Origin: a virus
Length of the DNA: 64,000 bases
IMG/VR virus record: IMGVR_UViG_3300020057_000496
Span: 1-64,000 of that record
Direction: 5' to 3' (one strand)
In this document: piece after piece, positions 55,722 to 64,000 of the stretch
Layout of the letters: each line of letters begins with the position of its first letter
Position numbering within the stretch: position 1 is the stretch's first letter
The notes under the pieces: model-generated
Seen by the model: only the letters and a program-made list of their open reading frames with translations
Told to the model about the DNA's origin: nothing
Databases searched by the model: none
Program-made: the position numbers and the translations under genes

Positions 55722-56087
55722 TCATCGGGAGCGGGAAGTCCAACGAGTCTTGTACGTACGATTATTATTCTTGCCGGGGACAACAACTGTCGTGGTTGAC
55801 GTGCCACTACTATAGTTAGTGCCACTACTGCTTGTTCCCTCGGCATTAGCAGCACTGTCAATGACGGCCCCAAGGAAGAGGAACGGAACGACGACGGCAG
55901 TTAGCACGACACGACCGGCAGTCTTGATAACATGGTAGTCCTCGCCCTCAACGTACCCAAGTCCGCCCCAAGCAGACGGGACTGGTTCAGTAAGAGCGTA
56001 GCTGTCAGTATCACTAGTTACCCTTGCTGCACACCCAGAAGTTACGAGTAAAAGTAAAAAGACAATTACTCTCATCAATCTCTCCAT
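55722..56087 (-). CDS. Putative lipoprotein
   Basis: 'MRVIVFLLLLVTSGC' lipobox. Confidence 0.55.
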   Translation of the reverse strand: MERLMRVIVFLLLLVTSGCAARVTSDTDSYALTEPVPSAWGGLGYVEGEDYHVIKTAGRVVLTAVVVPFLFLGAVIDSAANAEGTSSSGTNYSSGTSTTTVVVPGKNNNRTYKTRWTSRSR

Positions 56088-56112
56088 TTCAGTAGGTGAC
56101 GACGCCTACGGC

Positions 56113-56397
56113 TTAGGCGGTGACACGCGGGATTAGGCGGACCCGCAAGTCGAACCCTAGTGCGTCCGCCGTCCTCGCGAAGGTCCGAATCGTCAGGTTA
56201 CGCTGCGGGTCAAATAGGGTGCTGACGGCCGGCAGGGTCACTCCGAGCCGGCGCGCTAGTGCTGACTTGCTGATGTCCGCCCGCTTAAGTCCGGACTCAA
56301 GTGCGCCGACCGCCTGTGCCAATGCCTCGTTCTCGCGCGCCGTCTTGACTCGACCGACCGCTACCCGCTCGCCGGGCTTTCTGTTCTGCTTGCTCAT
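56113..56397 (-). CDS. XRE-family HTH protein
   Basis: 'ISKSALARRLGVT..AVS......NLTIRT..R.A.ALG'. Confidence 0.8.
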   Translation of the reverse strand: MSKQNRKPGERVAVGRVKTARENEALAQAVGALESGLKRADISKSALARRLGVTLPAVSTLFDPQRNLTIRTFARTADALGFDLRVRLIPRVTA

Positions 56398-57050
56398 CTT
56401 TTTCCCCCTTGCTGTTCGGGAAGCCGTGCTTCCGGGTTAATTGCCTTACGCCCTTCTAGGCGAGGTAGGGACTCTAGTCAACTTCTTTTCTTTATTTAAT
56501 TCTCGTCAAATTCAGAAAGACCTAGCTCTCAGCAAGCCCGTGCAGGCCGCGAATTAGTAACTGCTCTGCGCCGAACACCAGTAGATTCCCGCAGTTCTCG
56601 CACTTGTAACGCTCGGCATCTGGCTCGACTCCGCCGACCTGAATGCCGCAACCTAGACAGAACCCGTAGTTATCGTCTATTTCGAGGGCTTGAACCAGGG
56701 CGGAAAAAGTCGGCTTATAGCGGCGCTTGCCGCTCTTCGAGATGTAGGCGATAGAATCGCTACTTGCAGTGTGATTTCCTGGCGTCATCGTGACGGCACC
56801 GCGTCCAGTATGGCTGCCCATGGGGCGTCCCGGCCCTCACTACGGCAAGGCCAGTCGAGCGCCGTCAGTCGTCCGTCCGTCGAGCGCTCAACCACAACGT
56901 CCGCCCTCAGTGCGTCGGCCAACACAGGGTTGTCCCGGAGGGCGCGTGCGTTCCGGCGTGCGTCCGCCGGAGCCGAAAGCGCGTACCTCGTACCGCCATC
57001 GGCCTGTGGCCATTGTCCCCACACCTGCAGTGCCTTGCTGTCGTTGGTCG

Positions 57051-57305
57051 TCACCGTCTGTCCTCCTGCGCGCGTGCATCGTTAATCGCTGCGGCGCAAG
57101 CGGCGAAAGCCTCATCGCGCGACATGTCCCCTAGCCTGATTAGGGCTGCTCGATTGAGGGTCGAGTAGTCGTATGTATTGATCTGGCCATCTAGCGCCAG
57201 GTCGCAGACCGCGCCCAGGAAGTCGTCCCCGTGCTCGTATGCTGCGTGGCGCAGTGTGCTGATCTGACCGAAGCTGATATTGTGCTTGGTTGTCTCGGTA
57301 CTCAT
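57051..57305 (-). CDS. Hypothetical protein, duplicated within the 62003 ORF
   Basis: About 215 nt near-identical to 62243-62458. Confidence 0.6.
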   Translation of the reverse strand: MSTETTKHNISFGQISTLRHAAYEHGDDFLGAVCDLALDGQINTYDYSTLNRAALIRLGDMSRDEAFAACAAAINDARAQEDRR

Positions 57306-57399
57306 ACCCTATGCCCCCTTCTGTTTACTCTTTATCGAACAAAATCAAAACGGAATCGCCGCGTTGTGCGCGACGGATTTTGGGACTTGGTTGGGTTGG

Positions 57400-58158
57400 C
57401 TACCCCACGGCCTCTGACTCGTATACTGCGTTGTACTTGTCGGTCACAGAAACCGAATCAGGCTTGACATCTCGGCAAGACTTGCAGTGCGGACATTGGA
57501 CTACCTTCCGTTCCGTGTACTTCGCGGACAGCCTGAACAAGTTCCCTTCCGGACTGCCGTCGTCCGGAATCAAGAGGTCGAGAATGTCACCCCAGAAATA
57601 CTGGTCCAGGGGTTGACTCCAGGCAAGGGCATTTCTGGTCCGCGCGACCAACTCCGGTGTTGCAAAACCAACGGTGGCCTGGAAAGTATTGTCATTGCTG
57701 TCGTGACGAACAGCAAGAACCCCCTGTTGGATCGTCAGTTTCGTCCCTGGCCGGTAGTCTGCGCGCCGGACCCCGCACCGCTCCCGGAGGATCTGGTCCG
57801 CGTAATTCGCGAATTCCCAGGATGCGCCACCAGACTTTACGCCCCGTTCCGGGACGCCGCCGGGCATGAGGTGGCCGTAAAAGTAGATAATATTAGCGGC
57901 GCGAGCCAGCGAGTACGAAATGACTTCCTCGAATAGCTCCCGGAGTGAACCCGTCCAGTCGTTAGACTGGTCAATGCGTATGTACCTGTCTACGTCGGTG
58001 GACGTGGGCCAGATACAGTCAAGCGTGCTTCTGTCCTGCCCGAGTGCATCGGTCTTGAGGCGGGCGTACAGGTGCGAGATTTGTGCTGACTTCATAAGTG
58101 TGTCGAACTGTGGCTTGACACACTCATGCCAGGCTCGGCCGTAATTAAATTCGAGCAT
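57400..58158 (-). CDS. Hypothetical protein with C-terminal CxxC
   Basis: RBS AGGAG. Confidence 0.55.
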   Translation of the reverse strand: MLEFNYGRAWHECVKPQFDTLMKSAQISHLYARLKTDALGQDRSTLDCIWPTSTDVDRYIRIDQSNDWTGSLRELFEEVISYSLARAANIIYFYGHLMPGGVPERGVKSGGASWEFANYADQILRERCGVRRADYRPGTKLTIQQGVLAVRHDSNDNTFQATVGFATPELVARTRNALAWSQPLDQYFWGDILDLLIPDDGSPEGNLFRLSAKYTERKVVQCPHCKSCRDVKPDSVSVTDKYNAVYESEAVG

Positions 58159-58662
58159 CAGAATTTCTCCTTATTTACCCTATTGTCCTCTTGCCGCCTC
58201 GATAGCTTCGAGTGCGTCTAGAATCGCCAGCGTTTCGCAGGATGGTTAGCCCCTTCGTTTGAGCTTGGCCAAGCTGCGCTCAAGCTCCGGGAAGTCGTCG
58301 GCGAGAATGCTTACGTCGCGGACTTCGTAAGGACCCCGGAGTGCTGCGATGGCGTCCGCAGCTTGATCGGCGGGGACCATGAATCGGAAGCTGTGGCACC
58401 GAACGAGAACCCTTACCCCGCCCCCACATGCGGCCGCCAGTGATGCCAAGCTGGCAAAGTCGAGGAAACCTAAGCAGTCAACGATCTTCTCGGCATCGTC
58501 GAGTTTCAGTTGATCGAACCGACAAAGCTCGACTAATGACTTGTCGGAAGTTTTGCCCCTCATTTAGGTTGTCCTTTCTTAGTTCAGAACTGTTTTCCAA
58601 GTGCTGTTAGCGCCGAAAACGGGTCCCGGAAAGCGGTGGCGATTTCGGAGGCGGGTTTTTCG

Positions 58663-59340
58663 CTATCCCTCTGCGTCGGCTACCAGTAATCGGATAATGG
58701 CGGGAAGTGTACTTTCCGAGATCCTGACGCAGCTAATGCATGAGCGGTTGTTCGGACTAATTTCGACATCGTGCCAGATGTCCCCGATCTTGACGGAGCC
58801 CTTCCAAAGATAGGTCGCGGTGTCCTCGTTGCGGGAGTCATCCGACACGCGGATGCCGGCCGGAAGGTTCGATTTGAACCTCTCTACTAGTTGGGCCACG
58901 CTGGCGGTGCCGGCGTCGTCTGCGTCGACACGCGCCTTTGCTAGGCCGTATGCTTTTTCGGCGCTGTCTAAGAGACGACGCGCGATGTCTTTTGCGACTT
59001 GCTCGGCGGATTTCTTTGCCGAGCAAAAGATAGAAAGCGTCAACTGGTCCTGCTCGCGTTGCGTGGTGCCGCTGAAATATGCCCTGTGGTATCGCTGGAA
59101 TTCCAGCCGATTGCGCAAGTCCCCCGGACGTGCCGACACGCCATACCTCTCGCGGTCCCGCCTGATGTAGAGAGTAGTGCGGCCGTTTGTGATGTCGCAA
59201 GTCTTGTCGTTCCCGACGAAGTCCTCCGTATCAACCCATTTGGCTACCGGGACGAAGCCCGGAAGGTACGTTGCGATTTCGCGCGCCGTTGCGGCGTTCG
59301 CCTTTACGAGGTTGATTCGCTGCTGCATGTAGTCATTCAT
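58663..59340 (-). CDS. Hypothetical protein
   Basis: RBS GGAGG. Confidence 0.55.
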   Translation of the reverse strand: MNDYMQQRINLVKANAATAREIATYLPGFVPVAKWVDTEDFVGNDKTCDITNGRTTLYIRRDRERYGVSARPGDLRNRLEFQRYHRAYFSGTTQREQDQLTLSIFCSAKKSAEQVAKDIARRLLDSAEKAYGLAKARVDADDAGTASVAQLVERFKSNLPAGIRVSDDSRNEDTATYLWKGSVKIGDIWHDVEISPNNRSCISCVRISESTLPAIIRLLVADAEG

Positions 59341-59350
59341 GGCTCCCTCC

Positions 59351-59986
59351 TTACGCTCGGTTGCCGAGCACGTCATATTCGTATTCGTTCATCCGGATAT
59401 TGTCGTCTACTATTTCGTCCGACTGTGAATACTCGTAGCCAGCTTTAAGCTGACGGTACATCCAGCGCATGAGGTCCCGGAATGCTTCCGGCAGGACTTC
59501 GGAGTCTACAACGTCGGCTGCTCCCGTGTCGTCGGGAAGCTCAACGACTACACTCACCGTGTACTCGTGACTGTAGAAATAACTACTTTTTGCAATCACG
59601 GCCGACAATACATTACCGTTACGCGCCTGCTCGTCGGCGAGTACGTCGGCGATTCTGGCGAGTTCCGAGTCCCCCGGTGCGTGCTGCCGGATCAATTTTT
59701 GCGCATGGGCCGCGAAAGTGTAGGTGGCCTCGAAACATGCGCCGTCACCCTGTGAGTAGAATCCGCTGAAAAAGATACAAGAGTCCTGCCGCGTGTTGCC
59801 GGACATTAGCTTGACGGCGAAAGTCTTGAGCTTGATTCCGAGAATCGCACAGACCGTCTCGAAATCGTCACTGCAGGCATTTAGCGGGGATTCATTTGCC
59901 CCCTCGCGATACCAGTCCCGCGCCTTCTCTTTCGCCTTATCCCCCAACTCGTCGAATTGATAGAGGTTGATTTCGACTGTACGCAT
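59351..59986 (-). CDS. Conserved mobile-element protein ('antitoxin of stability system'-like family)
   Basis: 'Y.FDEL...AKEKAR.W', 'FSGF.SQGDGACF' and 'W.YRQL...YEY..SDE.VD..I..NEY'. Confidence 0.7.
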   Translation of the reverse strand: MRTVEINLYQFDELGDKAKEKARDWYREGANESPLNACSDDFETVCAILGIKLKTFAVKLMSGNTRQDSCIFFSGFYSQGDGACFEATYTFAAHAQKLIRQHAPGDSELARIADVLADEQARNGNVLSAVIAKSSYFYSHEYTVSVVVELPDDTGAADVVDSEVLPEAFRDLMRWMYRQLKAGYEYSQSDEIVDDNIRMNEYEYDVLGNRA

Positions 59987-61896
59987 TACCCTTTCCCCCA
60001 TTGCTGTTTTGCGATATTGAGAGACGAGGAATAAAGCTCCCCGTCGTTCGACAAACATCCGTAGCAGAAGATCACGTCGGGTCCTGCCATGTCGTATTCT
60101 ATGGCCATGGCCGTATTCGCAGAATTATGGGTCCCGCACGGGCCGCGCGGGTCCGGGTCGCCGCCGTCTACTCGGTACACCCTGGCGCGACACCTTGCAC
60201 ACTTCCCGACGTAAGTGAGAATCTCGCCGGCCGACGTGACTTGTGGCGCATTGGTTCGAAAGGACAGATTACTCATGGATAACCTCGACCTTTTCGGCTA
60301 GAAACACACTCCCTATGTATCCGGGCTTATCCCGGCAGTCGTCAAGGATTACTGACACCCTGAATGGCTTGGCGGTCGTGGAACCTGCATACCACGAGCG
60401 TTTATAAAATTTTGGCGTGTCGTTAATGACGTAATTCACGGTGCCAAGCCTTCCGTCCTGTAGCTTCACCCGATCACCCCGCGTCATATTCAACCTCGAT
60501 TTCTTCGTCGTCGAACCCGCAGCATGGGTCCCCTACGTCGAGCGTTTGCCCACATTCGTCGCAGTCGTATTGCTTGACCCATCGGTCAAGATCACGGTCG
60601 AAACGGGCGTTTGTGTTCGGGCATCCGCGCTCATGGCACGGCACGCCACAGATTGAGAGAAGCTCGCACTGGTCACATGACAGTCGGTAAGCTCTTATGC
60701 GCGGCACGGGTCCCCCTATTCGTCAGTTTTAATCTCAATCCCAAGTGCGATCAATTCCGACAAATTCATCGGCGGATTGTTCAATTACTGTTGGCATATC
60801 CGCCCCTTACGTCGTCCATGGGTCCCTCAATAATCCTCGGCGTCGATCGGTTCGTCTACGTCGGACTGATTGTAGCCGGACAGAATTTCCGGACGAAATT
60901 GTCCGAGCTTTTCCTTTTCGCACTTGTCACACACGCGACAAAGGTAAACCCCCTGCGCGTCAAATTCCTCCCACGACTCGTCGCGGGAATGTTGGCAGTA
61001 GTTACTCATAGTGAGCCTAATCCCTGCCCCTGTGGTACTTGTTGTCGTCCGAGGATAACTTGCCACACATGGCGATTGGCGATCGTATAAGTAAATCCTT
61101 CATTTCGGGACCCTCGACAGTATTCGTCCTGGTAGGGGCGTGGCGTGAAGTAGTTAGCGTGAGTGACGACGGCCTTCGGGTCGCGATCCAGAATTTCCTG
61201 AGCGACGGGTGCCCATTTATCCAGAATCTCCTGCGGCCACCCACCGGGGATGTTCTCCCCGTTGAGTTGTTCGATTATGGTCATTTACTTACTCTCGGAG
61301 TAGGTGTTTTCATTGCGAAAGCCTTTCTGCGTTGTCCTGTCGCCTTCTAGTTACAGGGGACTAGCTCGTAATCGTGTACCCAGCTATAGCCGTACGGTCG
61401 GCCAGCGGCAAATTCCCGCTGGACAAGAAACTTCGTGGCGGGGCCCTCCGGCGTTCCGGGTATAACGTCAATTACGTATCCGGACAGGCTAACCTCGTCG
61501 TCGAGGTCGACTAGCGCGGTTCGACCCATTTGCATTTCGCAAAGGTCGTTCCGCGTGTTGCGGTAAAGATATACCGCCGCCTGCACCTTGAGCTTGACTC
61601 GATCACCGAGGCGAACAGTCGTCATTCTCCTATCTCCTTGGCGCTTCTCCCGAGCGCCGGTGTCCGTCACGACCTGCACCCGCAAGCCGCGCGGCGGTCG
61701 CCGCAATCGGAGCAGACGCCACCCGCGTGGCGCGTGGCTACTGCGGGCGGGGCAGGGTACCGCTCGCGATACGCGGCGGTAGCGGCGCAGTCCCGCTCCG
61801 CGCACACCTGGCATGGTGCCCAGTATCCGTCTGCGCCCACGACTCGTGGTGTGCGGCACCGAAGGCAGGCCTCTTCGCTGCTCGTCATTGGTCCTT

Positions 61897-62019
61897 CCCC
61901 CTGGCACTCTCCAGAGCGCCCATCCTGCGAAAGTGCAGGCGGAAAGGCTCGCCATGGGCGCAAGCCTGACCGTCTAGGCTCTACGCGGGACCGATCGTAT
62001 GGTCAAACATCAATTTCGG
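61897..62019 (-). promoter_or_regulatory. Repeated promoter + structured leader cassette, copy A
   Basis: TTGACC(62006-62001)-N17-TAGAGC(61983-61978), conserved ~85-nt leader, RBS. Confidence 0.75.
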
Positions 62020-62644
62020 CGCCCCTGTGGTAGCTCAGGGCAGCCCGTCTCCTGGCCCTGACGGCCAGGCGGAGGTCTTCGGCCTGCTTGGCCCCGTCGT
62101 TGTCACTCCACAAATAGGCGGCGCGAACGACGGCGTAGCTGGCTTCGAGGAGAACGTCGGCTCGTCTCTCTTCCTGCTCTTCCTCCTCGCAGACTGCGCA
62201 CGAGCACCCGGGCTGCGGGGCTGGGTCGTCGCCCACCAGCTCGTTGACCGCTGCGGCGCAAGCGGCGTAAGCCTCATCGCGCGACATATCCCCTAGCCTG
62301 ATTAGGGCTGCTCGATTGAGGGTCGAGTAGTCGTATGTATTGATCTTGCCATCTAGCGCCAGGTCGCAGACCGCGCCCAGGAAGTCGTCCCCGTGCTCGT
62401 ATGACGCATGGCGCAGCGCGCTGATCGTCGCGAAGCTAATATTGTACTTGGTTGTCTCCTCGCAGACCGCGCACGTGGCGTCCTCGCTGTGCGCGTCCAT
62501 GACGTGTGCAGCCGGGCACCAGGCCTTGCCGTAGCAGCACGGGCCGATGCTCGTGCCGTCCTTCAAGCGGGGGATCGGCCAGCCCTGCGCGGCAGCCTCG
62601 GCCGTGATCGCCTCGCCACAGCCGTCGCACTTCTCGATGCTCAT
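62003..62644 (-). CDS. Mosaic Cys-rich hypothetical protein
   Basis: Contains a copy of the 57051 ORF; ends AEIDV like the 63490 ORF. Confidence 0.55.
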   Translation of the reverse strand: MSIEKCDGCGEAITAEAAAQGWPIPRLKDGTSIGPCCYGKAWCPAAHVMDAHSEDATCAVCEETTKYNISFATISALRHASYEHGDDFLGAVCDLALDGKINTYDYSTLNRAALIRLGDMSRDEAYAACAAAVNELVGDDPAPQPGCSCAVCEEEEQEERRADVLLEASYAVVRAAYLWSDNDGAKQAEDLRLAVRARRRAALSYHRGAEIDV

Positions 62645-62691
62645 GACGTCACCTCTGTTGCTGCGTCAGCTTGATCGTCTTTGCGAATCAT

Positions 62692-62787
62692 GGTCTCTTC
62701 CCCCTGGCACTCGTTCCTGAGCGCCCATCCTGCGAAAGCGCAGGCGGAAAGGCTCGCCATGGGCGCAAGCCTGACCGTCCGGACTCT
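62692..62787 (-). promoter_or_regulatory. Leader cassette, copy B (promoter degenerate)
   Basis: Same core sequence; precedes a 16-codon ORF (62691-62641) coupled to the 62644 start. Confidence 0.7.
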
Positions 62788-63371
62788 CAGGTACGCATGG
62801 GCATAAGCAGCGCCTTGCGCCCGGTATTAGGGCACGCAAGTTCGATAGGATGATCCCCGACCTCTGCCGCATTGTCACCGCGGAGCGTAAGCGTGATGGC
62901 TACGCCGTGGCCGTTTCGGGCACCGCCCTCGTCTCCCGCCAGTGCCTTGGCTAGCTCCGCGATGTAGCGCGCCGAGAAGCGCACTGTCGCGAAAATCGGG
63001 TGCGCCGTTGCGTCATTCAAGACACTCCGGTAGTCGAAAAACTTGTCGCCATCGGTCTCGCGCTTGAGCACGAGCTTCGTACCATCCGCCGAGCAAATGG
63101 CGACATGCCCATTAGCCAGCGTTTCGGCAAGGTTTATCTCAAGCTTGACCCCCTTGCCTACGCCCTTGGCCACCTGCGCTGCCTCGGTCGCGGAAAAGAG
63201 AATCTCCGCATCCCCCAGCTCGGCCGCGCCATCAAGCGGGATAACAAGCAGTCGGTGCCCATCGGTCGAGACAAGTCCGTCGCGATTCAGGCAGACCCGC
63301 CGATACGTTCCGCGCTTAGGGTCAGTGCTGGCCACGTTCGTTGCTAGGTCATTCTTCGTGATGTTGATCAT
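62787..63371 (-). CDS. DNA polymerase III beta-clamp-like fragment protein
   Basis: 'STDGHRL', 'F.DYRSV', 'FSARY' and C-terminal 'ALLMPMR'. Confidence 0.7.
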   Translation of the reverse strand: MINITKNDLATNVASTDPKRGTYRRVCLNRDGLVSTDGHRLLVIPLDGAAELGDAEILFSATEAAQVAKGVGKGVKLEINLAETLANGHVAICSADGTKLVLKRETDGDKFFDYRSVLNDATAHPIFATVRFSARYIAELAKALAGDEGGARNGHGVAITLTLRGDNAAEVGDHPIELACPNTGRKALLMPMRT

Positions 63372-63506
63372 GGTCTCTTTCTCCCCTGGCGCTCGTTCCA
63401 GAGCGCCCATCCTGCGAAAGCGCAGGCGGAAAGGCTCGCCATGGGCGCGAACCTGACCGTCTAGGCTCTACGCGGGACCGATCGTATGGTCAAACATCAA
63501 TTTCGG
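63372..63506 (-). promoter_or_regulatory. Promoter + leader cassette, copy C
   Basis: TTGACC(63493-63488)-N17-TAGAGC(63470-63465) plus leader. Confidence 0.75.
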
Positions 63507-63903
63507 TTCTCAGTGCTTCTTGGAAGCACTCGCTAATGTGATCCTTGATCTCGTTCCGGTTTTCTCCGGATATCGAAACATCAATTTCGGCCGCAAGCGA
63601 AGCCTTGACTTTGACCTCGTGAGAGGTCCATCCATCATAGCTCCCATTATCGTCCATGTGATGGAACGACACACGGAAGACCAGAAGTTCCCCGGTGCTG
63701 GCGTCGGGCATAAGGGTGGTTCCGTCGTCGAACCCACCCCCGCTAGGCATGTACTCGCGAGTTAGCGCGCGAGCGGCTATGCCGTGATCAATCGCCCATT
63801 GCGCCGCGAGAACATTGCTAACATCGCGGGCGAGGCGATCCTCGCAGGTACGCCTTGCGTCGCACATACCGGCCAGGACGCGATACAGCTTTGCTTTTCT
63901 CAT
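63490..63903 (-). CDS. Conserved hypothetical phage protein
   Basis: 'PSG.GFD.GT' and 'FHHMDDNG.YDGWT.H.V.V..SL'. Confidence 0.7.
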   Translation of the reverse strand: MRKAKLYRVLAGMCDARRTCEDRLARDVSNVLAAQWAIDHGIAARALTREYMPSGGGFDDGTTLMPDASTGELLVFRVSFHHMDDNGSYDGWTSHEVKVKASLAAEIDVSISGENRNEIKDHISECFQEALRTEIDV

Positions 63904-63931
63904 GTTATTCTCCGTATGTCGCGACTAGCGC

Positions 63932-63982
63932 GCGCAGGCGGAAAGGCTCGCCGTGGGCGCAAGCCTGACCGTCCGGACTCTA
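63932..63982 (-). promoter_or_regulatory. Leader cassette, copy D (partial; -35 beyond window)
   Basis: -10 TAGAGT plus the 5' half of the leader. Confidence 0.65.
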
Positions 63983-64000
63983 CCTGCCATTCCTTTTGCC

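Noticed and set aside
57081-62458. Duplicated ~215-nt segment as a DGR template/variable repeat pair
   Set aside because: Differences are not confined to adenines on either strand, and there is no reverse transcriptase in the window.
61897-63982. Repeats as a CRISPR array, integron attC sites or c-di-GMP riboswitch
   Set aside because: The spacers are whole genes; no cas or integrase gene and no GTTRRRY core are evident. The GAAA/GCAA loops are on the non-transcribed strand and do not fit the riboswitch consensus.

Overview
This is a GC-rich segment of a large tailed (siphovirus-like) bacteriophage or prophage genome. Bases 1-17.3 kb (+) hold the virion tail module (tape-measure C-terminal part, two paralogous tail proteins, a 2117-aa tail/fibre protein), then two thioredoxin-like genes flanking a Cys-phosphatase, then a lysis cassette (SLT transglycosylase, holin-like genes). 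Bases 17.3-42.5 kb (+) hold accessory genes: metallophosphoesterases, a matrixin protease, a MazG-like enzyme, a sulfatase, a MoxR-AAA/VWA pair and a PRS-like + NAMPT-like NAD pair (NARP1-like). Three genes in this block carry inteins. Bases 45-64 kb (-) hold early-type genes: DUF6745, CCA-adding enzyme, FtsK, DUF932, GP88, a beta-clamp-like protein and many small ORFs. Two TnpB (IS200/IS605) genes are present, plus four non-autonomous derivatives of one of them that keep the omega-RNA/right end, each with a different downstream guide. One of these derivatives sits behind its own sigma70-like promoter. Other notable non-coding features are a four-copy promoter + structured-leader cassette at 61.9-64 kb, a candidate small RNA at 42.06-42.19 kb and a ~650-nt hairpin-rich gene-free tract at the strand switch. 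All product calls come from motif recognition by eye; no database searches were run.
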